Assembly: GCA_965203465.1 (NCBI GenBank)
Contig: CBDBCR010000003.1
Span: 128,001-192,000, forward strand
Direction: 5' to 3'
DNA from: Nitrosopumilaceae archaeon
GTDB taxonomy: Archaea; Thermoproteota; Nitrososphaeria; Nitrososphaerales; Nitrosopumilaceae
Length of the DNA: 64,000 bases
In this document: positions 46,331 through 57,427 of the stretch, piece by piece
Layout: every line of letters starts with the position of its first letter
How positions within the stretch are numbered: the first letter of the stretch is position 1
Position numbers and translations under genes: made by a program
Notes under the pieces: generated by a model
What the model was told of the DNA's origin: nothing
What the model saw: only the letters and a program-made list of their open reading frames with translations
The model's database searches: none

Positions 46331-47596
46331 GTGTCGCGCTCGGCCCGGATGTACGCAGCCGCAAGGAGGTCCATTCCGTCCGGCGTCAACAGCCCCGTAA
46401 GGTACTACGGCCCGCACCCGTTCTTCGCGTCCAGGGCGCGCGGCGGCGCCGTCTGGGACGAGGACGGGCGCAGGTACACCGACCTGTGCTGCGGGTACGG
46501 CGCGGTAATGCTGGGCCACTCCCACCCGGCGGTCAACTCGGCCGTCTCTGCACAGCTGCGGCGCGGGCAGATCTACGGCGTGCCCACCGAAAAGGAGACA
46601 AAGCTGGCAGAGGCCATAAGGGGCTTTTTCCCATCCATGAAAAAGACCCGGCTGGTCAACACCGGCGGCGAGGCCACCATGGCGGCGGTCCGGCTGGCGC
46701 GCGGGCACACCGGCAGGCCAAAGGTGGTAAAGTTCGAGGGCGGCTACCACGGGGCCCACGACTCCATGCTGGTCAGGGCCGGCTCCGCGCACGCGGGGAT
46801 AGCCGTCTCTGCCGGCGTGCCCGGCCCGGTCGCCAGAAACACCATGGTCGCGAAATACAACGACCTGCACGGGACCGCCGAGCTGCTCGAGGGGCGCGAC
46901 GATATAGCCGGCGTCATAGTCGAGCCGGTGATGGCAAACGCCGGCCTGATACCGCCGGCCAGGGGGTTTTTGCGCGGCCTGCGCCGCGCGACCCGCAAGG
47001 CCGGCGCGGTGCTCATATTCGACGAGGTGGTCACCGGCTTCCGCGTCTCGCCGGGCGGCGCGCAAGAGCTGTACGGCGTGCGGCCCGACCTGACCACGCT
47101 GGGCAAGGCGCTGGGCAACGGCTTTCCGATAGCGGCGGTCGGCGGCAGTTCCCGCATAATGGAGAGGCTCGCGCCGGGCGGGGACGTGTACCAGGCCAGC
47201 ACGTTCGCCGGAAGCCCCGTCTCGGTCTCGGCGGCTGCCGCCGCGCTCGCCCACATGCGCCGGAGGGGCATGCATGCCAAGCTAGAGAGGGCCTGCGCGG
47301 CGCTCGCCGAGACCGCCTCGGACGCGGCAAAGTCGGCCGGCATAGAGCACCGCGTCAACAGGGCCGCCTCGATGTTCCAGATATTCTTCACCGGAAAACG
47401 CGTCACCGACTACGCCTCGGCGGCCTCGTCGGACCGCGCCGCGTTCGACAGGCTCTTCCGCGGGCTGCTGGCCGGCGGCGCGTTCGCGCCCCCCTCGCAG
47501 TTCGAGACCGCGTTCCTCTCGGCTGCCCACACCGAGCGCGACCTGGGGCGCGCCGGGCTCGCCTACTCCAGGGCCATGCGGGCGGTGCGCCGTTGA
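46331..47596 (+). CDS. hemL: Glutamate-1-semialdehyde 2,1-aminomutase
   Basis: PSGVNSPVR, KFEGGYHG, FDEVVTGFR, TTLGKALGNG, PPSQFE. Confidence 0.95.
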   Translation: MSRSARMYAAARRSIPSGVNSPVRYYGPHPFFASRARGGAVWDEDGRRYTDLCCGYGAVMLGHSHPAVNSAVSAQLRRGQIYGVPTEKETKLAEAIRGFFPSMKKTRLVNTGGEATMAAVRLARGHTGRPKVVKFEGGYHGAHDSMLVRAGSAHAGIAVSAGVPGPVARNTMVAKYNDLHGTAELLEGRDDIAGVIVEPVMANAGLIPPARGFLRGLRRATRKAGAVLIFDEVVTGFRVSPGGAQELYGVRPDLTTLGKALGNGFPIAAVGGSSRIMERLAPGGDVYQASTFAGSPVSVSAAAAALAHMRRRGMHAKLERACAALAETASDAAKSAGIEHRVNRAASMFQIFFTGKRVTDYASAASSDRAAFDRLFRGLLAGGAFAPPSQFETAFLSAAHTERDLGRAGLAYSRAMRAVRR

Positions 47597-48507
47597 TCAG
47601 GGTGGCCACGCGCGCAAGCCCGCTCTCGCTTGCCCAGACGCAGGGCGTACTGGACATGCTGGGGCGCAGTTTCGAGATCGTGCGCGTGACCACGCGCGGC
47701 GACACCGACGCGCGCCCGCTCTTCGCCATGGACCAAAAGGGGATATTCGAGCGCGAGGTGGACGCGGCCGTGGCCTCGGGCAGGGCCGACTTTGCCGTCC
47801 ACAGCCTAAAGGACGTGCCCACCGAGGTCCCCGACGGCCTGGTGCTGGCCTCGGTCCCCAGGCGAGAGGATCCGCGCGACGTGCTCGTGACGGCCGGCGG
47901 CGACAGCATAGATTCGGTGAGGAGCGGCGCGACGGTGGGCACCAGCAGCCTGCGGCGCGCCTCGCAGATCCGGGCCGCGCGGCCCGACCTGCGCCCCGTC
48001 CCGGTGCGCGGCAACGTCGGCACCCGCGCGGCGCGCGTGTCCGGCGGCGAGCTGGACGCGGTGGTGCTCGCGCGCGCCGGCATTTTGCGCCTCGGCCTCG
48101 AGGCCAGGTACGCCATACTGCCCGAGGGGCGGTTCCTGCCCTCGCCCGGGCAGGGCGCCCTAGCGCTGGTCTGCCGCTCGGGCGACGAAGAGACCAGGGG
48201 CATCCTTGCGGGAATCGAGGATCCCGATTCGCGCGCAGAGGCCGAGGCCGAGCGCGCCCTCTCCGCAGAGCTGGAATCGGGATGCAGGTTCCCGGTCGGC
48301 GCGCTGGCGCGCGCGGACGGGGACAGAATCTCGGTCGCGGCCTCCGCGTTCGGGACGGGCGGGGAGCCCGTCTCGGCCCGCAGGTCGGGGCCAAAGTCCG
48401 AGGCGGCCGAGGTGGGGCGCGGGGCGGCCCGGGACATGCTGGAGGGCGGCGCCGGCAGGCTTGCGTTAAATTGGAGGGCCGAGGTGGAAGAGTGGAATGC
48501 CAGGTAA
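47593..48507 (+). CDS. hemC: Porphobilinogen deaminase
   Basis: ATRASPLSLAQT, AVHSLKDVP, VGTSSLRR, RGNVGTR, PSPGQGAL, GCRFPVG. Confidence 0.95.
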   Translation: MIRVATRASPLSLAQTQGVLDMLGRSFEIVRVTTRGDTDARPLFAMDQKGIFEREVDAAVASGRADFAVHSLKDVPTEVPDGLVLASVPRREDPRDVLVTAGGDSIDSVRSGATVGTSSLRRASQIRAARPDLRPVPVRGNVGTRAARVSGGELDAVVLARAGILRLGLEARYAILPEGRFLPSPGQGALALVCRSGDEETRGILAGIEDPDSRAEAEAERALSAELESGCRFPVGALARADGDRISVAASAFGTGGEPVSARRSGPKSEAAEVGRGAARDMLEGGAGRLALNWRAEVEEWNAR

Positions 48508-49234
48508 GGTGCACCTTGTCGGCGCGGGCCCCGGGGATCCGGGCCTGCTGACGGTGCGCGCATCGGAGCTGCTCCGCTCGGCCGACGCGGTCCTCTACGA
48601 CAGGCTGGTGGACGAGAGGATACTGGCCACGATACCGGCATCGGCGCGCAAAGAGTACGTGGGCCGCGCGGTCGGCGACGACGAGTCTCACCAGGATTCC
48701 ACCAACGAGCTGATGGCAAGGTACGCGCTGGAGGGAAAAGACGTGGTCCGCCTAAAGGGCGGCGATCCGACCATGTTCGGGCGCGGCGGCGAGGAGGCCG
48801 AGTTCCTGCTCGGGCGCGGAATAAGCTTCGAGATAGTACCGGGCATAACCTCGGGGCTCGGATCGGCGGTCTATTCGGGCATACCGCTGACCCACAGGGG
48901 GTACTCGTCTTCGGTGGCGTTCGTGACCGGCCACGAGGATCCGTCAAAGGAGCGCGAGGGCGTGCGCTGGAAGGAGATGGCGCGCGCGGCCGACACCATA
49001 GTGGTGATGATGGGCGTCTCGCGGCTCGGCCGCATATGCTCCGAGCTCAAAGAGGGCGGCATGGATCCGGCGACGCCGGCGGCAGTCATAGAGAACGGCA
49101 CCACCGAGCGCCACCGCGCCGTCTTCGGCACGCTAGACGACATCGCGGGGCGCGCCGAGGCCGAGCGCGTGCGCCCGCCGGCCAACATAATAATAGGCCG
49201 CGTCGTCTCGCTGGCCGGAAGGCTGTCGAAGTGA
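48497..49234 (+). CDS. cobA: Uroporphyrinogen-III C-methyltransferase
   Basis: VGAGPGDPGLLT, RLKGGDP..FGRGGEE, VPGITS, IPLTHR. Confidence 0.95.
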   Translation: MPGKVHLVGAGPGDPGLLTVRASELLRSADAVLYDRLVDERILATIPASARKEYVGRAVGDDESHQDSTNELMARYALEGKDVVRLKGGDPTMFGRGGEEAEFLLGRGISFEIVPGITSGLGSAVYSGIPLTHRGYSSSVAFVTGHEDPSKEREGVRWKEMARAADTIVVMMGVSRLGRICSELKEGGMDPATPAAVIENGTTERHRAVFGTLDDIAGRAEAERVRPPANIIIGRVVSLAGRLSK

Positions 49235-50043
49235 AGGGCAAGACCGTTGCGATAACGAGGTCGGCGCGCGACGCGCGCGAGTTTTCGGAGCTGGCCCGCT
49301 CTGCCGGCGCCGAGCCCCTGCCGCTGCCCACCATAGAGCTGGCCGCGCGCGGGGGCATCGCCGCCGAGTTCGTCAAAGCGGCAAAAGAGTACGACCCAGA
49401 CCACACCGTATTCATGAGCTCGCGCGCCGTCTCGCTGCTCTTCGAGGCCGGCGAGGCCGAGGGCATGTCGGGCGCGCTGCGCGCCGCCGTGACGAACACG
49501 TCGGTGGTCGCCGTCGGCCCCGTCACGCGGGCCGCGCTGTCCGAGCGCGGCGTGCGCACAGCCCGCATGCCCGAGACGTACTCGTCGATAGGCATAGGCG
49601 AGCTCTTTTCGAAGATGGGCGGCGGGCGCGCCATCATACCGCGCAGCGGCGCCTCGACCCCGTTCCTCAAGGAGCTGCTCGAAAAGATCGGCGTCTCCGT
49701 GAAAGAGACGGTCCTGTACGACGTGCGCGCCTGCGCCGATTCTCCGGAATGGGCCAGCTTCCGCGCCATGCTGCCGCGCGGCGGCATAGACGGCCTGATA
49801 TTCACGAGCGCCTCGTCGGTGCGCGCGTTCTTTGAGATCATGGGCAGGGCCGGCGGCCCCCCCGACATGGAAAAGACGCGCGTCGTGTCCATAGGCCCGT
49901 TCACGTCTGCCGAGCTCGACAGGTTCGGCGTCAGCCACTCTTCGGCGGACGTGCACACGGTGCCGGGCGCCTTCGAGGAGATCCGCAGGCGGCTTTGCCC
50001 AGATTCCACGCCCCCGGAGCCGGCCCGTGGAAGTACGCGTTAG
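49231..50043 (+). CDS. hemD: Uroporphyrinogen-III synthase
   Basis: VAITRS, VGPVT, FTSASSV, SIGPFTS. Confidence 0.9.
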   Translation: MKGKTVAITRSARDAREFSELARSAGAEPLPLPTIELAARGGIAAEFVKAAKEYDPDHTVFMSSRAVSLLFEAGEAEGMSGALRAAVTNTSVVAVGPVTRAALSERGVRTARMPETYSSIGIGELFSKMGGGRAIIPRSGASTPFLKELLEKIGVSVKETVLYDVRACADSPEWASFRAMLPRGGIDGLIFTSASSVRAFFEIMGRAGGPPDMEKTRVVSIGPFTSAELDRFGVSHSSADVHTVPGAFEEIRRRLCPDSTPPEPARGSTR

Positions 50044-50094
50044 GCAGAGCTATTTTTGCGCATGTATTTATAATCGGCAGGCAGGCTACCCCCC

Positions 50095-51495
<1,401 letters not shown>

Positions 51496-51497
51496 CC

Positions 51498-52895
51498 ATG
51501 TCGCAGGCGCTCTCGGAGCTCGCAGACAGCCACGTCGTACGGATATCCGAGGCGCGCGGCGAGCCGCGCTGGCTCGCCGAGCGCAGGCAGGCCGCCCTCT
51601 CCGAGTACCGGAGCATGCCAGTCGAGACATCGCCGCTGTACACCAAATACACCGACGCGCGGCGCATGGACATGGGCAAGGTCTCCCTGCCGGCCGAATC
51701 CGAGGCCGGCGCGCCCCCCTTCATGTCGCGCCGCCTCGCGGAGCTGGAGGGCAAGACCCACATAGTCCAGGTGGGCACGCACGTCGAGCGCGTGGTCCTC
51801 TCCGATGCCGCAAAAGAGCAAAAGATAGAGGTCTGCTCGCTGGCCGACGCCCTCTCTTCTCGCCCCGATCAGGTCAGGGCCGCGCTCGAATCGGCGGACC
51901 ACGCCGAGGACAAGTTCACGGCCCTCAACAGCGCCGCGTTCAACGCCGGCGTCTTCGTGCGCGTGCCCCGCGGCGCGGAGCTGGACGAGCCGGTCCACGT
52001 AGTCTCGTGCCTGCCAGGCGACGGCACGTCGGTCATATCGCGCAACGTCGTAGATGCGGGCGAGGCCAGCAGGTCCTCGCTCGTCCACGAGCTGTACTCG
52101 CCCCCGTCGGGCCCCCAGCAGGCGTACCTGGAGCTGCTCACCGTCTCGGCCGGCCCCGGCGCGCGCATCGACGGCACCACCCTGCAGATGATGGATTCCT
52201 CGTCGGTCAACTTTTCGACCCGCAGGGCCGAGCTGCTCCAGGACGCCCAGGTCAACTGGTACACGGGCATGTTCGGCACGCAGCTGTCCAGGTACAGGAC
52301 CGGCTACCACCTGCGCGGGCCCGGCGCGTCGGCCAACGACGCCGAGGTCTCTTTCGGCAGCGGCGAGCAGTCCTTCGACCTGCAGACCACGATGAACCAC
52401 GAGAGCGGCCACACCGAGGGGCGCGTCATACAAAAGTCGATACTGCGCGGGCGCTCAAAGTCGCTCTTCAAGGGCATGATACGCATACTGGAGGGGGCAT
52501 CCAAGTCCAACTCTTACCTGTCGGGCCGCTCGATACTGCTCGACAAGGACGCAAAGTCCGAGGCCATACCGGGCCTGGAGATATTCACAAACGACGTAAA
52601 GGCCACGCACTCGGCCTCGGTCGCCCAGATAGACGAGGAGCAGATATTCTACCTGGGCACGCGGTGCCTGAGCAAGTCCGAGGCAGAGCGGACCATAGTG
52701 GAGGGGTTTTTGGAGCCGCTCTCGCGCAAGATGTCCACGCAGGTGCGCGCATGGATAGCGTACCTGATAGAATCAAAGTGGGAGGGCAGGGATCTTTCCA
52801 TAAACACCGACGAGGAGCTGCGCCGGTTCACCGAGGTAGAAGAGACCCGGTACAACGAGAACGCCGAGATAGAGCAGCACTACAAGTACAGGTGA
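51498..52895 (+). CDS. sufD: Fe-S cluster assembly protein SufD
   Basis: ALNSAAF, IPGLEIFTNDVKATHSASV, QIFYL. Confidence 0.9.
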   Translation: MSQALSELADSHVVRISEARGEPRWLAERRQAALSEYRSMPVETSPLYTKYTDARRMDMGKVSLPAESEAGAPPFMSRRLAELEGKTHIVQVGTHVERVVLSDAAKEQKIEVCSLADALSSRPDQVRAALESADHAEDKFTALNSAAFNAGVFVRVPRGAELDEPVHVVSCLPGDGTSVISRNVVDAGEASRSSLVHELYSPPSGPQQAYLELLTVSAGPGARIDGTTLQMMDSSSVNFSTRRAELLQDAQVNWYTGMFGTQLSRYRTGYHLRGPGASANDAEVSFGSGEQSFDLQTTMNHESGHTEGRVIQKSILRGRSKSLFKGMIRILEGASKSNSYLSGRSILLDKDAKSEAIPGLEIFTNDVKATHSASVAQIDEEQIFYLGTRCLSKSEAERTIVEGFLEPLSRKMSTQVRAWIAYLIESKWEGRDLSINTDEELRRFTEVEETRYNENAEIEQHYKYR

Positions 52896-52899
52896 GGCC

Positions 52900-53202
52900 T
52901 TGGCGTGGATAAGGGCCTGCGGACGGGGCGGCGTGGAAGAGGGCGCCATGCTCGGCATAGAGCACGGCGGCAAGAGGATACTTCTCGCCAGGTTCTCGGG
53001 CGCGCTGCGCGCCATGGACGGCACCTGCACGCACGCCGACGCGGACCTGTCGTGCGGCTTTCTGTCCGAGGAGGGCGTGCGCTGCCCGCTCCACCTCTCT
53101 GTGTTCGGCCCCGACGGCGTCCCCATCAACCCGCCGGCCGAAAAGCCCCTGGCCGTCATGCCCGTCAAGGAAGAGCCCGACGGGATATACGTGGAGGTAT
53201 GA
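52900..53202 (+). CDS. Rieske-type [2Fe-2S] ferredoxin
   Basis: CTH...CPLH motifs. Confidence 0.9.
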   Translation: MAWIRACGRGGVEEGAMLGIEHGGKRILLARFSGALRAMDGTCTHADADLSCGFLSEEGVRCPLHLSVFGPDGVPINPPAEKPLAVMPVKEEPDGIYVEV

Positions 53203-54434
53203 TGCAGGGCCTGGCCTCGTCGGTGCGCGGCGACTTTCCCATACTCTCCAGGACCGTACGCGGCAAGCCGCTGGTGTACCTTGACAACGCCTCGACGACG
53301 CAAAAGCCCGTGCAGGTCATCGACGCCATATCCGACTACTACCGCAACTCCAACGCCAACACGCACCGCGCCGTGTACGCCCTGGCAGAAGAGGCCACCG
53401 AGGCCTACGAGGGGGCGCGCGCCGCCGTGGCGCGGTTCCTCGGCGTGCGCGACGTCTCGGAGTTGGTCTTCGTGCGCGGCACCACCGAGGCCATAAACCT
53501 GGCGGCCCACGCGTGGGGGCGCGCCCACCTCAAGGGGGGCGAGGCCGTGATCACCACCGAATACGAGCACCACAGCAACATCGTCCCCTGGCAGCTGCTC
53601 GCAAAGGAAAAGGGGGCAAGGCTCCTGTACGTCGGGGTGGACGACGACGGGAACCTCGACATGGACCAGCTCGACGCGCACCTGGAATCGGGTGGCGCGA
53701 GGCTGGTCACCTTCAGCCTAATGTCCAACGTGCTCGGGACCATCACCGACGCGCGGGCCGTGGCCTCGCGCGCCAAAAAGGCCGGCGCCCTAGTGATGAT
53801 AGACGGCGCGCAGGCGGTCCCGCACATGAAAGTCGACCTGCCCTCGCTGGGCTGCGACTTTTTCGCCTTTTCGGCCCACAAGATGCTCGGGCCCACCGGC
53901 ATAGGCGCGCTGTGGGTGCGCAAAGGCGTGCTCGAGGCCATGGAGCCGTTCCACGGCGGCGGCGACATGATACGCGAGGTCCACAAGCAGAGCTCTACGT
54001 GGAACGATCTGCCCTACAAGTTCGAGGCCGGCACGCCCAACATAGCCGACACCATAGGCTTCGGGGCCGCCGTCGACTACCTCGAAAAGATAGGCATGGA
54101 CCGCGTCAGGCGGCACGAGCACGAGCTGACCCGGTACGCCCTCGAGAGGCTCTCCGGGGTGCGCGGCATGCGGACGTACGGGCCCGCCGATCCGGACGCG
54201 CGCGGCGGCGTGATATCGTTCAACTTCGCCGACGTGCACCCGCACGACGTGGCCCAGATACTCGATTCGGACGGCATAGCGGTGCGCTCGGGCCACCACT
54301 GCGCGCAGGTGCTCATGGAGAGGATGGACGTGGCCGCGACCACGCGCGCCAGCGTGTACATTTACAACGACGAGGCCGACATAGACAGGCTCGTCTCCTC
54401 GCTCGATCGCGTCGCGGAGACGTTCAAGCTATGA
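53199..54434 (+). CDS. sufS: Cysteine desulfurase
   Basis: YLDNASTTQKP, EHHSN, SAHKMLGPTG, FEAGTP, RSGHHCA. Confidence 0.96.
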   Translation: MMQGLASSVRGDFPILSRTVRGKPLVYLDNASTTQKPVQVIDAISDYYRNSNANTHRAVYALAEEATEAYEGARAAVARFLGVRDVSELVFVRGTTEAINLAAHAWGRAHLKGGEAVITTEYEHHSNIVPWQLLAKEKGARLLYVGVDDDGNLDMDQLDAHLESGGARLVTFSLMSNVLGTITDARAVASRAKKAGALVMIDGAQAVPHMKVDLPSLGCDFFAFSAHKMLGPTGIGALWVRKGVLEAMEPFHGGGDMIREVHKQSSTWNDLPYKFEAGTPNIADTIGFGAAVDYLEKIGMDRVRRHEHELTRYALERLSGVRGMRTYGPADPDARGGVISFNFADVHPHDVAQILDSDGIAVRSGHHCAQVLMERMDVAATTRASVYIYNDEADIDRLVSSLDRVAETFKL

Positions 54435-54856
54435 CCGACATCTACCACGAGATGATCGTGGACTATTCGCGCAACCCGGCCAACTTCGGCAGCATCGAAG
54501 ACCCCGACGCGACCCACCACGACGCCAACCCGCTGTGCGGCGACAGCATAGACATGGACCTGCGCGTGCGCGGCGGCAAGCTGGAGGACGTAAAGTTCCG
54601 GGGCCGCGGGTGCGCCATCTGCATGGCGTGCTCGTCGGTCCTCACCGAGATAGCAAAGGGCAAGACCGTCGACGAGGCGAGGAAGATATCCAAGGACGAC
54701 GTGCTCGGCGAGCTGGGCCTCGAAAAGCTGCAGGCGGTGCGCATAAAGTGCGCCCTGCTCTCCCTGAAAGCCCTGAAGATGGCCCTCTACAAGCACCTGG
54801 CCGCGACGGGCGGCGACGCCTCGGATCTCAAAGAGGACGCGGCCGGCCTCTACTGA
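54431..54856 (+). CDS. sufU: SufU/IscU scaffold or sulfur-transfer protein
   Basis: NPLCGD, GCAI, RIKCALL. Confidence 0.9.
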   Translation: MTDIYHEMIVDYSRNPANFGSIEDPDATHHDANPLCGDSIDMDLRVRGGKLEDVKFRGRGCAICMACSSVLTEIAKGKTVDEARKISKDDVLGELGLEKLQAVRIKCALLSLKALKMALYKHLAATGGDASDLKEDAAGLY

Positions 54857-56040
54857 CGCGAGGCCGCCTCCTCGAGCGCGGCTATCATGGGCAGGCGCTT
54901 GCCCGTAAGGTACAGGACGAGGGCGCCGCCGGCCGTGCTGACGTGGTCTATGCGGTCCGCCAGCCTGTACTTTTTGAGCGCGTGGCTCAGGTGGCCCCCG
55001 CTGACTATGGTGGTGGCCATCGAGCCGGCCACCCCCGCGAGCAGCGAGCGCGTGCCGTAGCTGAACCGCTCCAGCTCAAAGTTGCCCGCCGGCCCGCTCA
55101 TGAAGACGGTGCCGGCCCCCGATATTATCCGGTTGTAGTGGTCCATGGTCTTGGGGCCGAGGTCGTAGATGACCTCGCCGGGGCCGAGGTCCCGCACGTC
55201 GACTTCGAGGCGCTCGCCGTCCTTGTCTATGGCCACGTCGACGGGCGTGGAAAAGACATCCGGGTACTCGCCGATCAGCTTGTGCGCGCGCGAGACGGCC
55301 TCGTCCTCGCGGGCGATGCCGAGCGGCGCCCGTATGCGCCCCTGCGCCCTCATGAAGACGTTGCCTATCACGCCGGTGAGCAGCACGTGGTCTGCCCTAC
55401 CGTTCTTTATCAGCTGGCGCACCGCCTCGAGGCGGTCGTACACCTTGGAGCCGCCCAGCACCACGGCGTGCGGCGCCTTGGCGACCGTCATTATGCGGTC
55501 CAGGTGGGCCACCTCGCGCTCGACGGTGCGTCCCGCGCAGGCGGGCAGCACGCGGGCGAACCCGACGATGGAGGGGTGCGAGCGGTGCGCGCTCGGGAAC
55601 GAGTCGAGCACGCACAGATCAAAGAGGCCCGAGAGCCGGCTCACCATCAGCGTCTTTGCGGCGTTTTCCGGGGAAAACTCGTAGTTTTCCTCGGCGCACA
55701 GGCGCAGGTTGTCCAGCACCAGTATCTGGCCCGGCTCCATGGCGCGTATGGCCTCGCGGGCCGCGCTGCCGATGACGTCTTCTACGTAGTCTATCCTGCG
55801 GCCCAGCACGCGCCCGAGCACCTCGGCGTGGCCTGCCATCCCGGTGTACTCGGAGTTGCCCACCCTGCCCTGGTGCGAGGCCACGACCACCTTGGCGCCG
55901 GCGAGGTCGCGCACGGTCCGCGCGGCCTCTTCTATGCGCTTGGTGCCGGCAGGCTTTCCGTCGCTGCCCATCGGGCAGTTCATGTCCACCCGGAGGAAGA
56001 TCGTCTTGCCCCCCGTCTCAAAGTCGTCGATCGTCAGCAC
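54850..56040 (-). CDS. pgk: Phosphoglycerate kinase
   Basis: LRVDMNCP, SHQGR, AHRSHPS, LGGSK, DLGPKT, HVSTAGGA; GTG start at 56040. Confidence 0.95.
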   Translation of the reverse strand: MLTIDDFETGGKTIFLRVDMNCPMGSDGKPAGTKRIEEAARTVRDLAGAKVVVASHQGRVGNSEYTGMAGHAEVLGRVLGRRIDYVEDVIGSAAREAIRAMEPGQILVLDNLRLCAEENYEFSPENAAKTLMVSRLSGLFDLCVLDSFPSAHRSHPSIVGFARVLPACAGRTVEREVAHLDRIMTVAKAPHAVVLGGSKVYDRLEAVRQLIKNGRADHVLLTGVIGNVFMRAQGRIRAPLGIAREDEAVSRAHKLIGEYPDVFSTPVDVAIDKDGERLEVDVRDLGPGEVIYDLGPKTMDHYNRIISGAGTVFMSGPAGNFELERFSYGTRSLLAGVAGSMATTIVSGGHLSHALKKYRLADRIDHVSTAGGALVLYLTGKRLPMIAALEEAASRQ

Positions 56041-56075
56041 CGCGCGGCCCGCGCCGGGCGGCCCTAAAAAAACCC

Positions 56076-56435
56076 TCACGTCGGCCGCGGGGTTATCTTG
56101 TAGACTGCGACCTTTTTCAGGCCGATGACCGAGCCGGCGAGGAGCCCGGCAAGGCCGTACTTTGACTTGCGCGCGTCCAGCGCGCGCCGGGCCTCGTCGC
56201 CCGAGACCAGGACGGCGTGGCCGTCCTCCCAGCCGCCGCGCAGGCCGCCGCGCAAAGAGCACTCGGCCATCCTGACCGACGGGTTGAGTGCGATGCGCTT
56301 GGCCTTGCCGCTGCGCGCGCCGGTGGCCACGTAGATGCAGCCCTCCCCGTGCACGAACCAGACGGGGGTGCGCACGCCCGCCCCGCTCCTGCGGAATGTC
56401 TCGAGGCTGGCGTATTTGGCGCCCGGGTCGGGCAT
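56076..56435 (-). CDS. PPOX-class F420-dependent oxidoreductase
   Basis: YASLETFRRSG..V.TPVWF, SGKAKRI..NPSV. Confidence 0.85.
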   Translation of the reverse strand: MPDPGAKYASLETFRRSGAGVRTPVWFVHGEGCIYVATGARSGKAKRIALNPSVRMAECSLRGGLRGGWEDGHAVLVSGDEARRALDARKSKYGLAGLLAGSVIGLKKVAVYKITPRPT

Positions 56436-56438
56436 GGC

Positions 56439-56621
56439 CTAGCGCCGGCGCCTGCGCTGCCCCGGCTTGTTCTGGCCGGGGAACCTGCTGAGCACGCAGC
56501 GCTTTTTGAAGTTGGACTTGTTGCGCAAGCTGGCGTTGGTGCCCACCCTCTTGCGCCCCTCCACCTTGGGGGTCTGGCCCCTGACCTTGCCGGCCTTTGT
56601 GAGCGAACCGTGGGTTGCCAT
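56439..56621 (-). CDS. rps30e: 30S ribosomal protein eS30
   Basis: MATHGSLTKAGKVRGQTPKV. Confidence 0.93.
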   Translation of the reverse strand: MATHGSLTKAGKVRGQTPKVEGRKRVGTNASLRNKSNFKKRCVLSRFPGQNKPGQRRRRR

Positions 56622-56939
56622 GGGGCGGGAGGCGGGGGGTTCGAATTTATGTATTCCGCACGGTCTTGGCGGCAAAGTCGGCCCGGCGACACGCCTCGCC
56701 GGGAGCCGGCACCCCTTGGCGGCCCGGACGGCGCCGGTGCCCGCTTTTGCGCCCCCCGCCGCGCGGCCCGCCCGCTTTGGCGCGCCGCCCCGCGGGGCCG
56801 GCAGGCACCGAATCCGGAGCAGGCAGCGCAGATTGTGCCCCGGCCGTCTGCGCGCCGGCGATGCCGGCCTCCGGTCTTGGCTGTCCGCCGCGTCGGTTTC
56901 AGGCGTCGGCCCGCACGCCGTTGACGGTATTCGGGTACA

Positions 56940-57230
56940 CAGCCCAAGCGCCTCTTGTCGCGTGTCGGGCCAGTTTGCGGAATATCCGGGCTGCGTGCTC
57001 GGCGTGCGCAGTCTTCGATGCGGCCCTCAGATGCGGGGGAGTTGGCGCTCCGCCAGCGCGCTCCACCCGAAACGCGCACTACGAATCCCCGCTGTGCAAA
57101 GTAGCGGCTTGCGCTGCGCGACGCGGCATAAAACGCCGTTGCTCCCCAATCCCGGCATCTGGTCGTCTTGGCGTCGAGAAAATCGCGCGCGTCTTTGTGC
57201 TCGCTTTGCGCGTGATGCTTGGCAATCGTG
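56940..57230 (-). pseudogene. Possible degenerate HEPN-like gene remnant
   Basis: 'KHHAQSEHKDARDFL...DWGATAFYAASRSASRYFAQRG' resembles the DW..T..FY.A pattern of small HEPN proteins; no clean start or stop. Confidence 0.3.
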
Positions 57231-57427
57231 CATCGGGTTGGCCTTTCAAGATCGTGCTGGCGTCCGGCGGGAGCTTGCGCTCCTGTTCGCGCACAGGCGC
57301 GAACGGAGGCTCCAGATACGGCGTGCGCGCCGTGCATTCTGCCTACACAATCTTGCCGACCGCCGGAGCCGAAACATCCCAAAGATCGTAGCCGTCGCGG
57401 GTTGTCAACGGGCGCGACGTACCGCGG

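Noticed and set aside
45488-46389. Short ORFs 45488-45760, 45775-45960 and 45976-46389
   Set aside because: No recognisable motifs or coupling; more likely decayed DNA
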